Virus record (IMG/VR): IMGVR_UViG_3300025715_000024
Coordinates: 5,456 to 69,455 of that record
Length of the DNA: 64,000 bases
From: a virus
Taxonomy: Duplodnaviria > Caudoviricetes
Strand: one strand, 5' to 3'
Of this stretch, positions 15,845 to 25,091 are shown one piece after another (within the stretch, counting starts at the first letter, position 1; each line of letters starts with the position of its first letter). The position numbers were made by a program, and so were the translations under genes. The notes beneath the pieces are model-generated. The model saw only the letters and a list, made by a program, of their open reading frames with translations. It searched no databases and was not told where the DNA came from.

Positions 15845-16951
15845 ATGAAGGATAGAATTCTCTATACTAAACCAAATGTAGGCGAATTAGAACATCGCTG
15901 GGTCGAATCAATGCTGTGGCATGCATGGGGGACATATTCCGGTTCTTCTATTAAAGGTTTCGAGGAGCAATTCGCTAAGTATATAGGAACGCAATATGCG
16001 GTGGCCACATCCTCATGTACCGGAGCTCTTCATCTTGGGCTTGCAGCCTTGGGGATAAAAAAGGGACATGAAGTTATCCTGGCCGACACCAACTGGATTG
16101 CTACAGCAGCCCCTATTGTTTACCTAGGGGCTAAGCCGGTCTTTGTAGATATTAAAGAAGACACCTGGTGCATTAATCCAGTAGAAGTTAAAAAAGCCAT
16201 CACCAAAAAGACCAAGGCAATCATAGCCACACATCTTTATGGGAACCTTTGTTCATTGGCCAGTCTTAAGGAAATTGCCGGAGAAATCCCAATTATCGAA
16301 GATGCTGCCGAAGCTATTGGCTCAATGTACAGGGGTAAGTATGCTGGAAGTATTGGGAGATTTGGTGTCTTCTCTTTTCATGGCAGCAAAACAATAACAT
16401 CCGGCGAAGGTGGGATGTTCGTCACCAACAGCAAGGACTTAAGTGATAAGGTGCGGCAGCTCAATAACCACGGTCGTTCCGTGAATGCTAAGCAATTTTC
16501 TCCGGAGATATTGGGCTATAAGTATAAGATGACAGATATGCAGGCGGCCCTGGGTACGGCCCAGCTGCAGCGGGTTAAGGAATTGGTTCAGTCTAAACGA
16601 TTTATCTTTGAGAATTACGAGTATCTATTAAAAGACGTTCCGAATATAAAAATGAACCCAAGGCAACAGGGATGTGTTAATGGTTTTTGGATGCCGAATG
16701 TTGTCGTAAATAAAAAGCATCGTTTTAATTTGCCAGCGCGCGAGTTATTTCTCGAAGAATTTGCAAAAGACAATATCGATGCGCGAGTATTTTTTTATCC
16801 ATTAAGTAGTTTGCCTATGTTTAAGAAGGCAAACAATCCGGTGGCGTATGATATCTGCACGCGGTCGATTAACTTGCCAAGTTATTATGATATGACCTTA
16901 ATGGACCAAAGGCGCGTGGCCATTGTGATTAAAAAAGTAATGGGGAGGTGA
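15845..16951 (+). CDS. DegT/DnrJ/EryC1/StrS PLP-dependent NDP-sugar aminotransferase
   Basis: SSCTGALHL, IEDAAEA, FSFHGSKTITSGEGG (catalytic Lys) and GYKYKM. Confidence 0.9.
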   Translation: MKDRILYTKPNVGELEHRWVESMLWHAWGTYSGSSIKGFEEQFAKYIGTQYAVATSSCTGALHLGLAALGIKKGHEVILADTNWIATAAPIVYLGAKPVFVDIKEDTWCINPVEVKKAITKKTKAIIATHLYGNLCSLASLKEIAGEIPIIEDAAEAIGSMYRGKYAGSIGRFGVFSFHGSKTITSGEGGMFVTNSKDLSDKVRQLNNHGRSVNAKQFSPEILGYKYKMTDMQAALGTAQLQRVKELVQSKRFIFENYEYLLKDVPNIKMNPRQQGCVNGFWMPNVVVNKKHRFNLPARELFLEEFAKDNIDARVFFYPLSSLPMFKKANNPVAYDICTRSINLPSYYDMTLMDQRRVAIVIKKVMGR

Positions 16952-16954
16952 CTT

Positions 16955-17674
16955 ATGAGGCTTCTCTTAATGGCGCATAATGTTGTCGGGACACGGATTA
17001 CTAATTTTCTTTTAAATAATTATAAAAAAGACCTGTCTTTGGTAGTCACTACCGGAGAAAATTATATTTTTCGGGAGTGCAATAGAATGTCCGTTCCGGT
17101 CCGGACATCAACAGAAAAGTGGTATCCAATACCCCCAGTTGACCTTGGGATATTGGCCTGGTGGCCACACATAATTAAAAAAGAACTCATCGAGTTTCCG
17201 AAGCATGGGTTTATAAATACCCACCCAAGCTATCTCCCTTATAACCGCGGCAAGCATTATAATTTTTGGGCTCTCGCAGAACAAACTCCGTTCGGCGTAA
17301 CATTGCATAGGGTTGATGAGGGGATTGACACGGGCCCGATTATTGCGCAGAGAAAGATTCCATACGGATGGACCGATACTGGAGAGACTTTATATTACAA
17401 GGCCCAGGACGCAATGGTGGACCTCTTCATGGAAACATACCCGAAGTTAAGAAGGCTAAAATTTAAGGAACGTAAACAGGCGGCGGATAAAGGGAGTCTC
17501 CATAAAGCAGAAGACATTGCGTTGGCCAGCCAAATTCACCTCGATGCCACATATAAGGCGCGCGACCTCCTTAACTTGTTAAGGGCGCGGACGTTTGACC
17601 TTAAACCCAACTGCTGGTTTATGGACAAGGGCGTGGAATACGAAGTCTCAACAACAATCAGGAGGGTATCATGA
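16955..17674 (+). CDS. NDP-aminosugar N-formyltransferase
   Basis: INTHPSYLPYNRG and GVTLHRVDEGIDTGPII formyltransferase motifs. Confidence 0.85.
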   Translation: MRLLLMAHNVVGTRITNFLLNNYKKDLSLVVTTGENYIFRECNRMSVPVRTSTEKWYPIPPVDLGILAWWPHIIKKELIEFPKHGFINTHPSYLPYNRGKHYNFWALAEQTPFGVTLHRVDEGIDTGPIIAQRKIPYGWTDTGETLYYKAQDAMVDLFMETYPKLRRLKFKERKQAADKGSLHKAEDIALASQIHLDATYKARDLLNLLRARTFDLKPNCWFMDKGVEYEVSTTIRRVS

Positions 17675-18336
17675 TGGATAAGCGGGGGATGCGGTTTTAC
17701 GAAGACACATTGAAAGATAAATATTCGTATAATTTTAAATGGCTGGGTCGGCCTTATATTCAAATGCCACAGGATATGATTGCTATCCAGGAGATTATTT
17801 GGAAGGTCCGACCGGACTTTGTTATTGAGACAGGGATAGCCCACGGCGGCGGCTTGGTCTTCTGCGCCAGCATCCTGGAAGCTCTCGGGCATGGATACGT
17901 CTTTGGCATCGATGTGGATATCCGCCGGCATAACAGATATGAAATCGAGAACCACCGTATGTCGAAGCGAATCATTATGCATGAGGGCTCAAGCACGGAC
18001 ATGATGATTTATGGAGAGATTTTTCAGCGCATAGGTAAGGACAAAAAGGTTGTTGTCATCCTGGATTCCAACCATACCCATGACCACGTACTGAAAGAAC
18101 TTAATATTTATAAGGATATTGTTTCGGTGGACTCGTATCTGATTTGCCTCGACACGATTATCCAGTTCTTGCCGGACGATGCCTATCCAGACAGGGAGTG
18201 GGGAGTTGGGTCCAACCCGTGGACCGCTGTGCAAGACTTCCTATGGTACAATAAGAACTTTGTGAGTGATGAAGACATTGAGCAGCGGCTATTGATTACT
18301 TCGGCCCCAGGGGGCTGGCTGCGGAGGATATTATGA
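17671..18336 (+). CDS. CmcI/cephalosporin-hydroxylase family SAM O-methyltransferase
   Basis: QMPQDM, IETGIAHGG, GIDVD, ILDSNHTHDHV and NPWTAV. Confidence 0.85.
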   Translation: MMDKRGMRFYEDTLKDKYSYNFKWLGRPYIQMPQDMIAIQEIIWKVRPDFVIETGIAHGGGLVFCASILEALGHGYVFGIDVDIRRHNRYEIENHRMSKRIIMHEGSSTDMMIYGEIFQRIGKDKKVVVILDSNHTHDHVLKELNIYKDIVSVDSYLICLDTIIQFLPDDAYPDREWGVGSNPWTAVQDFLWYNKNFVSDEDIEQRLLITSAPGGWLRRIL

Positions 18337-18563
18337 CAACGAAATGGGAGCCGCAACAATCTGATATCGACTGGCAAAGGAATATGCTGGACATATGCAA
18401 GGATGGAGCTATATGGGGCTCCAATGCCGGCATCTATACCATCGATAAAAAACGGAAGGTCCTGGTAAGGACAATGCCGGGCAACGATGAAGGAACAAAT
18501 GAGCGAATTAAAATCGTCCTTAAAAAACTGGGATGGGAAATGGAGGACAAATGCAAGTCGTAA
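18333..18563 (+). CDS. Hypothetical protein
   Basis: 76 aa, coupled to both neighbours. Confidence 0.5.
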   Translation: MTTKWEPQQSDIDWQRNMLDICKDGAIWGSNAGIYTIDKKRKVLVRTMPGNDEGTNERIKIVLKKLGWEMEDKCKS

Positions 18564-19324
18564 TATTGTGTGGGGGGACTGGAACGCGGCTGAAGGAGCA
18601 GACTGAATTTACCCCTAAACCATTAATCCGGATAGGCGGGAGGCCAATAATTTGGCACATCATGCAGCATTATTCAAGGCATGGCTTTGATGATTTTGTT
18701 CTCGCCCTTGGGTATAAACAAGAGGCCTTTAAAGATTATTTTTGTCATTATTTTGAAAATAATTACGACATACATCTCACTGCTGGATGCCCGCAAAGGG
18801 TTATCAAGGCCGCCGATTCTACGGCTTATAATCAGTGGGAAATAACTTTATCAGATACGGGAGAAAATACACTAAAGGGCGGGCGTATTAAGCGGATTGA
18901 GAAATATATGGATGGAAATACCTTTATGTTAACTTATGGAGACGCCGTCAGTGATATCAACCTAACCGACCTCTTAAAATTTCATAATAAACATAGGAAA
19001 ATGGTGACGGTTACTGGTGTCCATCCAGAGCCACGGTTTGGGGAACTCCTGCATAAGGACGGAGCAGTAATATCTTATAGGGAGAAGCCGGACAATGAAA
19101 ACTTGGTTAACGGTGGCTTTATGGTTTGTGAGCCCGCTATTTTTAAGTACCTGGATATTGAATGTGATTTTGAGCATGGGGCCCTTGAGCAAATAGCAAG
19201 AATGGGAGAATTAATGGTTTACCCCCATGATGGATTCTGGAAGTGCATGGACACGCTTAATGATATGATTGAGTTGCAGAGGATTTGGGACTCAGGAAAG
19301 GCAAGGTGGAAAACATGGCGGTAG
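18551..19324 (+). CDS. rfbF: Glucose-1-phosphate cytidylyltransferase
   Basis: VILCGGTGTRL...PKPL, DTGENTLKGGRIKR, LTYGD and GFWKCMDT. Confidence 0.9.
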   Translation: MQVVILCGGTGTRLKEQTEFTPKPLIRIGGRPIIWHIMQHYSRHGFDDFVLALGYKQEAFKDYFCHYFENNYDIHLTAGCPQRVIKAADSTAYNQWEITLSDTGENTLKGGRIKRIEKYMDGNTFMLTYGDAVSDINLTDLLKFHNKHRKMVTVTGVHPEPRFGELLHKDGAVISYREKPDNENLVNGGFMVCEPAIFKYLDIECDFEHGALEQIARMGELMVYPHDGFWKCMDTLNDMIELQRIWDSGKARWKTWR

Positions 19325-20367
19325 TATTTAATGATATTTATAAGGGAATGAATGTGATGGTCACTGGCGCCTATGGGTTTAAGGGCACATGGCTCTCCTT
19401 TTGGCTGGAAAGACTTGGGGCAAATGTGACAAGATACGGACACGCCCCCCGGCTCATGGCCCTTAACCACCACTCATTACTGGGAGGAGCGCTGGTCCGC
19501 GGCAGTGATATGTTGGATTATGCGATGCTGGAGGACGCTATCACAACCTGCCGGCCGGAAATTATTTTTCACCTCGCGGCCAAGGCCCTGGTCATTGAGG
19601 GTTTCCAGGCGCCAGGAAAAACATTTGAGAACAACATTATGGCCGCGGTAAACCTGATGGATATCTGCAAGAAACAGCCCTTTATAAAAGGGATAGTTCT
19701 CATCACGACCGACAAAGTGTACGAGGACAAAAATTGGATATGGGGCTATCGAGAAAATGATACCCTCGGCGGAAGCGACCCGTACTCGGCTTCTAAAGTA
19801 GCGGTAGAACACGCAGCAGCATGTTATAGAAAGAACTTCTTTCCAATGATTGCCGTGGCCCGAGCCGGCAATGTTATCGGTGGCGGGGATTGGTCGGACT
19901 ATCGCCTCATACCGGATATGGTTAAGGCAGCTGCAGTTGGCCATGAAGTAGAAATTAACACCCCCAACGCAACCAGGCCGTGGCAGCACGTGCTTGAACC
20001 ATTAAGTGGTTATCTGATGTTGGGGATGAAATTGCTCGAAGGAGATGAGCAGTACGCCAGGGAGTGGAACTTCGGTCCTACCGGCGAGATGACCGTGCTA
20101 CAGGTGCTGGAGATGGCGCAGCAGTCATGGAATAAGATACAATACCGCGTTAATGAGATTGAGCGACACAAGGGCATGGTCAATTTATTAAAGATTGATT
20201 CCACCCTGGCCCATAGCGAGTTGGGGTGGCGTAACAGGTGGGACCAGAAGCTGGCCATTGAGAAAACAATCGAATGGTACCGGGACTATTACACCAAAGG
20301 CCTTGTCAATACACCTGATGACATTGACCAATATGAGTTTATGATGAAAGTGGGGTACGCGCTATGA
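19315..20367 (+). CDS. rfbG: CDP-glucose 4,6-dehydratase
   Basis: VTGAYGFKGTWL, ITTDKVY, YSASK, RAGNVIGGGDW and RPWQHVLEPL. Confidence 0.9.
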   Translation: MAVVFNDIYKGMNVMVTGAYGFKGTWLSFWLERLGANVTRYGHAPRLMALNHHSLLGGALVRGSDMLDYAMLEDAITTCRPEIIFHLAAKALVIEGFQAPGKTFENNIMAAVNLMDICKKQPFIKGIVLITTDKVYEDKNWIWGYRENDTLGGSDPYSASKVAVEHAAACYRKNFFPMIAVARAGNVIGGGDWSDYRLIPDMVKAAAVGHEVEINTPNATRPWQHVLEPLSGYLMLGMKLLEGDEQYAREWNFGPTGEMTVLQVLEMAQQSWNKIQYRVNEIERHKGMVNLLKIDSTLAHSELGWRNRWDQKLAIEKTIEWYRDYYTKGLVNTPDDIDQYEFMMKVGYAL

Positions 20368-21569
20368 TGTCCTGTAGATTCTGCAATAATAAAGGGATGC
20401 ACGAAATTCTCGACCTGGGGCATCAGCCTCCATCCAACTCATTTCTAACAAAAGAGCAGCTCCGGGAGCCAGAGGTCCACTACCCCCTTAAGTTGTTTGT
20501 GTGTGATAAGTGCTGGCTTGTCCAGATACCTGAAACGAAAAAGGCACAAGAAATATTCACAGAAGACTATGCTTATTACAGCTCAGAGTCGCCGGCAAAC
20601 GTCAGCCACGCCAAAGACTATTGCGAAATGATGTTAAAAAGATTTCCAAAAATTACAACAGTTATGGAGATAGGCAGTAACGACGGGTACATGCTCCAGT
20701 GGTTTAAGAAGGCTGGCTGCGAGGTATTTGGTATTGACCCGGCAGAGGGGCCGGCAGAAATTGCCCACAGCAAAGGCATTGATGTGGAATGCTCTTTCTT
20801 TACGGAGAGGCTTGCCAGTTTCTTTGATGAAAGATTTGACCTTATTTGCGGGATTAACGTTCTCAACCATCAGCCTGACATTAACGACTTTGTCAGCGGT
20901 TTAAACATTGCCCTTGCCCCAGGAGGGTATATCACATTTGAGTTCCCACACCTGATGCACATGGTAGAGAAGCGCCAGTTTGACACAATCTATCACGAGC
21001 ATCTTAATTATTATTCCCTTTATACCCTAGACTCAATATTCATTCGCCACGGTCTCTATATATTTGATGTTGATGAACTCCCAAAGCACGGAGGAAGCCT
21101 CAGAATATATGCGACAAAAGAGAAGCGCGCCCCGTCGAATAAAGCCAAAGAAATAATAGGATGGGAAATTGATTATGGAATAGCCACCCTCGATTACTAT
21201 AAAAGTTTTGGGAGAGATGTCGCCATAACCAAAAACAATATTCAAAGGTCTATTTATTCTATTTGTGGAGCCGGTAAATCGGTTATTGCCTATGGAGCAG
21301 CGGCAAAATGCAGCGTGCTTATGAATTGTTGCGGTTTCGACAAGCAAAACATCTCATATGTTGCAGATAAATCTCCGCATAAAATCGGGAAGTATCTTCC
21401 TGGGTCGCACATCCCGGTAAAGGACCCAGAAACAATAAGAATAACCAAGCCCGATTATGTTCTCATCACGGCTTGGAACTTACAGGAAGAAATTATGGAG
21501 CAGCTGGCCTATATTAAATCATGGGGCGGGAAATTCATAATACCGCTTCCTGACTTCAAAATTATATAA
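20364..21569 (+). CDS. NDP-hexose C-methyltransferase (class I SAM, Zn-binding N-terminus)
   Basis: CRFC...LDLGHQP, EIGSNDG, FDTIYHEH, HGGSLR, YGAAAK and AWNL. Confidence 0.85.
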   Translation: MMSCRFCNNKGMHEILDLGHQPPSNSFLTKEQLREPEVHYPLKLFVCDKCWLVQIPETKKAQEIFTEDYAYYSSESPANVSHAKDYCEMMLKRFPKITTVMEIGSNDGYMLQWFKKAGCEVFGIDPAEGPAEIAHSKGIDVECSFFTERLASFFDERFDLICGINVLNHQPDINDFVSGLNIALAPGGYITFEFPHLMHMVEKRQFDTIYHEHLNYYSLYTLDSIFIRHGLYIFDVDELPKHGGSLRIYATKEKRAPSNKAKEIIGWEIDYGIATLDYYKSFGRDVAITKNNIQRSIYSICGAGKSVIAYGAAAKCSVLMNCCGFDKQNISYVADKSPHKIGKYLPGSHIPVKDPETIRITKPDYVLITAWNLQEEIMEQLAYIKSWGGKFIIPLPDFKII

Positions 21570-21578
21570 GGAGAAATC

Positions 21579-22007
21579 ATGGTTGAAGATAAAGTAAAGC
21601 AAACTCGATTTGATATCAGCGCAGATGAATTAAACCACCGCATGGAGCTCAAGAAGAAGTTAAAGGATGACCCAGCTCACCGTGCAGTAGAGATACTGGA
21701 AGCTGCCGTGGATACAGTTCTCACAAAGCTTGGCGTGAACATCGAACTGGGAGACATCCCCGCCCAAATGGATGCCTTGGGGATTGTCATGACGGAGCAT
21801 ACTGATGAGAGGGCTCCGCAGCTCAATGGGTTCTTTATCTATGTTATCAGAAAAAGTTATGCGTTAAGGAACCCGGAGCCAGACCTAATCCCCTATGCAT
21901 GGGTCGGGTCAGCCAGACTTAACAGCAATGGCGAGTGCTTCTGCGACATTCACTGGTTTCAGGAAAATAAATTGAGCGAAACAGGGGGCATCAAACTTGT
22001 GGGGTAG
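21579..22007 (+). CDS. Hypothetical protein
   Basis: RBS AAGGAG, 142 aa. Confidence 0.6.
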   Translation: MVEDKVKQTRFDISADELNHRMELKKKLKDDPAHRAVEILEAAVDTVLTKLGVNIELGDIPAQMDALGIVMTEHTDERAPQLNGFFIYVIRKSYALRNPEPDLIPYAWVGSARLNSNGECFCDIHWFQENKLSETGGIKLVG

Positions 22008-22272
22008 AGTGATGAGAAACAAAATAATCAATACGCCGCGGGGAAGGATGACGAAACTACAATTCATCATCCTCCAGGCGTTAAAAGAATATCCGAATGA
22101 AAGCTATACCGATATTGCCGATGGGCTGGGCACGTCACGAATGCATGTTTGGCGCGCTAAGACTCGTTTTCTGGGTAAAAGAAAGCGGAGAGGACGGCGC
22201 GCTGCCGGTCGTTCATCTTCTTCTCCAGGAAATCATCAGGAGAAAGGTACTTGTGAGCGACCAACTTCCTAA
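21997..22272 (+). CDS. Putative HTH protein
   Basis: IILQALKEYPNESYTDIADGLGTSRMHVWR pattern. Start uncertain. Confidence 0.5.
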   Translation: MWGRVMRNKIINTPRGRMTKLQFIILQALKEYPNESYTDIADGLGTSRMHVWRAKTRFLGKRKRRGRRAAGRSSSSPGNHQEKGTCERPTS

Positions 22273-22471
22273 CAAGTTCCTCATTGAGATATCTCCGATG
22301 GTACGCCTCGGAAATACGGGTCTTCGGCACGCCGATATTAAGCGCCAGCTGGGAGTGCTTGATGCCGCCATGTCGTTGCTCACGCAGAAATTTAGAAACG
22401 ACATAACCCATGCGCCGCATGAGGTCCCGACGTTCTCTGTGATAGAGATTGAAAGTGATTTTTTTAACCAT
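22157..22471 (-). CDS. Putative XRE-like HTH protein, convergent and overlapping
   Basis: IKHSQLALNIGVPKTRISE motif, RBS AAGGAG. Confidence 0.5.
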   Translation of the reverse strand: MVKKITFNLYHRERRDLMRRMGYVVSKFLREQRHGGIKHSQLALNIGVPKTRISEAYHRRYLNEELVRKLVAHKYLSPDDFLEKKMNDRQRAVLSAFFYPENES

Positions 22472-22538
22472 AAACGCTCCTTTTTAGTAATTGATTGAAT
22501 ATAATTTCTTGTAACTTTTATTGCAAGGGGGAAAATTA

Positions 22539-24611
22539 ATGAAAGTCTTACTTGTGTGCAAGTCCAAAGTTATGGAAAATTTGGGTGTCATGCATCTAAG
22601 CTCTGTGATTAAGAAGGCTGGCCATGAGTGCAAGATTGTAACGCTGGAAGAAGCTATGCATTCAGCAATTCAATGGTCTCCTGATATAGTCGGGGGCTCA
22701 ATTATGACAGGTGACAGTGAGAAATTCAAGGCACTTCGGGATAAATTAAGCAGCAAGATAAAATTTATAGTGGGAGGCCCGGACCCAACATTCTTCCCAG
22801 AAGGATATAAATGGGCCGATGAAATTGCGAAAGGCGACGCCGAAGGATGGATGCTGCAATACCTGTCCAAGGATAAAATCTTTTACAATGATTTCTTCCA
22901 TCTTGATTTTATCCCCTGGCCCGACCGAACAGATTTCCCAGGCATGAAGATAAGAGACTTCATTACCAGTCGGGGGTGCCCCTATAGCTGCTTAACAGGA
23001 GATGCAGTAATTAATACTCCCGATGGCGATTTTTTTATTAAAGACCTTGTCGGGAAAAATATAAAAGTTCTTACAAGAAACCCAGTAACCGAAGAACCAA
23101 TATATGCAGATGCTATTAATATAAGATTGGTTGAGAAGAACGCAAAATTAGTAAGAGTATTTTTTGATGATGGCTCTCATATTGATTGTACTCCTGACCA
23201 TAAATTTAAGGTATTTAAAGCAAAAAATCAATATATCGATGAGGAAGAATGGGACGTTGAAGCAAAGGACTTAAAACCGAAGCAAAGCGTGAGGGCTGTT
23301 TCGTCTTATTATGATGGGCATGGCAGGTTAATTGTTACCACAAAGAGACGAGTGAGACGCAATCATTCAGTTTTAATTATGGAATCGTTATTAGGGAGAA
23401 GGTTATTAAAGGGGGAAGTTGTCCACCATAAAGATAAGAATCCATCAAATGATGCGCCAGAGAATTTGATATTAACTACCTCAAAGAGACATTTACTTGA
23501 TTACCATCCAGAAGTATCTGAACGAATGAAAGAAAATAATCCAGTAAGGTTAATGCCCAAAGAGGCCCTTTCTCAAAGGGCGATAAAGTATTTCAGGGGA
23601 AGAAAACAAGGATTAGAGGAAAGAAAAAAGAGAAGTATAATTCAGCGCGGTGAAAATAATTCTAATTGGAGGGGAGGATTTGCGGCAAAAAAACAAAATA
23701 AGCCAAGCAGAATTATAAATCACAAAGTAATAGGAGTTAGACATCTCGATTATACAGAGGATGTTTATTGTATGGAAGTCCCATCGGTGGGATGGTTTTA
23801 TGCTAATAAGGTTTTGGTAAAAAATTGCTCATACTGCTACAATGACCGATGGAATAAGATGTTCCCGGACGCCCCCAAGGTTAGGACCCGCTCTGTAAAA
23901 GATGTTATAGCAGAGATTAATTCTGTGGACCCTGAGTTTGTTTACTTTCAGGATTCATGCTTCGCAGTGAACATGAACTGGATGCGACATTTTGCTGAAT
24001 CATATCGCAAGCAAATTAACATTCCTTACCATTGTCATCTGAGGCCCAACCAAGTTGATGATGAGCGCGCCTGGCTTCTACATGACTCCGGCTGCATCAG
24101 CACAAGGATAGCCCTGGAGACGGCCAGCCCGCGCCTGAGAAAGCTAATCAATCGGGAGCAGACCACTAATATAGAAACTTATGAGGCGGCCAAGCATCTT
24201 AAGAAGTATAAAATAAAATTGATGATACAAAATATCCTATGTCTTCCTACAGCGACCATAGAAGATGACCTGAATACCCTGGATGTGAATATCAAGGCGG
24301 CCCCATCCTACGCCTGGAGCTCTATATTTATGCCTTACCCAGGGACAGTGCTCGGAGATATGTGCGTAGAAAAGGGCTGGTATAAAGGAGATTATGCAGA
24401 CATCACGGATTCATTTTTCGACCATTCGGTATTGGATATTTCTGAGGAATATAGGGAACAGAGCTACTATCTACAAAAATGCTTCGCCCTGTGCGTCAAA
24501 GTCAAGGAGATACCTAAGCCGGAGGAGCTTACCGCGGAGAGATTCCCGGCGCTAATCCACCGCCTCATGCGGAAGGACGGTGACAAAAAACTATATGGAG
24601 GGATTTTATGA
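22539..24611 (+). CDS. Cobalamin-dependent radical SAM enzyme interrupted by an intein
   Basis: B12-binding N-terminus (NLGVMHLSS, VGGPDPT). RGCPYS/CSYC cluster motif is split by the intein. FQDSCF and ALET downstream. Confidence 0.85.
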   Translation: MKVLLVCKSKVMENLGVMHLSSVIKKAGHECKIVTLEEAMHSAIQWSPDIVGGSIMTGDSEKFKALRDKLSSKIKFIVGGPDPTFFPEGYKWADEIAKGDAEGWMLQYLSKDKIFYNDFFHLDFIPWPDRTDFPGMKIRDFITSRGCPYSCLTGDAVINTPDGDFFIKDLVGKNIKVLTRNPVTEEPIYADAINIRLVEKNAKLVRVFFDDGSHIDCTPDHKFKVFKAKNQYIDEEEWDVEAKDLKPKQSVRAVSSYYDGHGRLIVTTKRRVRRNHSVLIMESLLGRRLLKGEVVHHKDKNPSNDAPENLILTTSKRHLLDYHPEVSERMKENNPVRLMPKEALSQRAIKYFRGRKQGLEERKKRSIIQRGENNSNWRGGFAAKKQNKPSRIINHKVIGVRHLDYTEDVYCMEVPSVGWFYANKVLVKNCSYCYNDRWNKMFPDAPKVRTRSVKDVIAEINSVDPEFVYFQDSCFAVNMNWMRHFAESYRKQINIPYHCHLRPNQVDDERAWLLHDSGCISTRIALETASPRLRKLINREQTTNIETYEAAKHLKKYKIKLMIQNILCLPTATIEDDLNTLDVNIKAAPSYAWSSIFMPYPGTVLGDMCVEKGWYKGDYADITDSFFDHSVLDISEEYREQSYYLQKCFALCVKVKEIPKPEELTAERFPALIHRLMRKDGDKKLYGGIL
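22989..23825 (+). mobile_element. Intein (279 aa) with HNH homing endonuclease
   Basis: Starts CLTGDAVINT, block B CTPDHKF, HNH VVHHKDKNPSND..NL, block F VYCMEVP, ends VLVKN followed by Cys+1. Confidence 0.9.
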
Positions 24612-24877
24612 TGGCAATGCACACTGTAAAGGTACCGCAATATTTAAGCAACAAACAATTACTTGGGGTTTTTGAAGACCGAATGGTGGATGGGCTCAAT
24701 TTAATCTTATGTACTTATGTTTTAAAAAGGACTGGGAAACTCGAATTTCCCAAAGGGGTTGTTATCGACAAGCAAGAAGCCATTAAAAAATATGGCCTGG
24801 TAAAGATACAAAAAAATAGCCGGAGATTGGGGATATTTCTTTCAATGAGCTTATTCAGGCAAGCCAATGAAATATAA
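24608..24877 (+). CDS. Hypothetical protein
   Basis: 89 aa, coupled to the upstream stop. Confidence 0.5.
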   Translation: MMAMHTVKVPQYLSNKQLLGVFEDRMVDGLNLILCTYVLKRTGKLEFPKGVVIDKQEAIKKYGLVKIQKNSRRLGIFLSMSLFRQANEI

Positions 24878-25091
24878 AAAAACCTGGGTGCATACCTTCG
24901 ACTTTGATAATATTTATTACGCATGTCCTTATTGCAAGAGCCGCCAGACCACGCCGCTTAGCCGTGGGCAGAGGGACATTAACTGCCCCTCTTGCTCTAA
25001 GCCGGTAAGGCTTCAGGCTACTCCCGCGCTTCTTCGACAGCTTTATTCAAACGAATCATGTGGGAATAAATCATCGCGTCAATTGCTTTAA
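24867..25091 (+). CDS. Zn-ribbon protein
   Basis: CPYC and CPSC motifs. Confidence 0.45.
   Translation: MKYKKTWVHTFDFDNIYYACPYCKSRQTTPLSRGQRDINCPSCSKPVRLQATPALLRQLYSNESCGNKSSRQLL

Noticed and set aside
15845-21569. Host contamination or chimeric O-antigen locus
   Set aside because: The genes are tightly coupled to phage ORFs, include an interspersed phage-type hypothetical gene, share the apparent GATC avoidance where scanned, and lack wzx/wzy/wzm genes.
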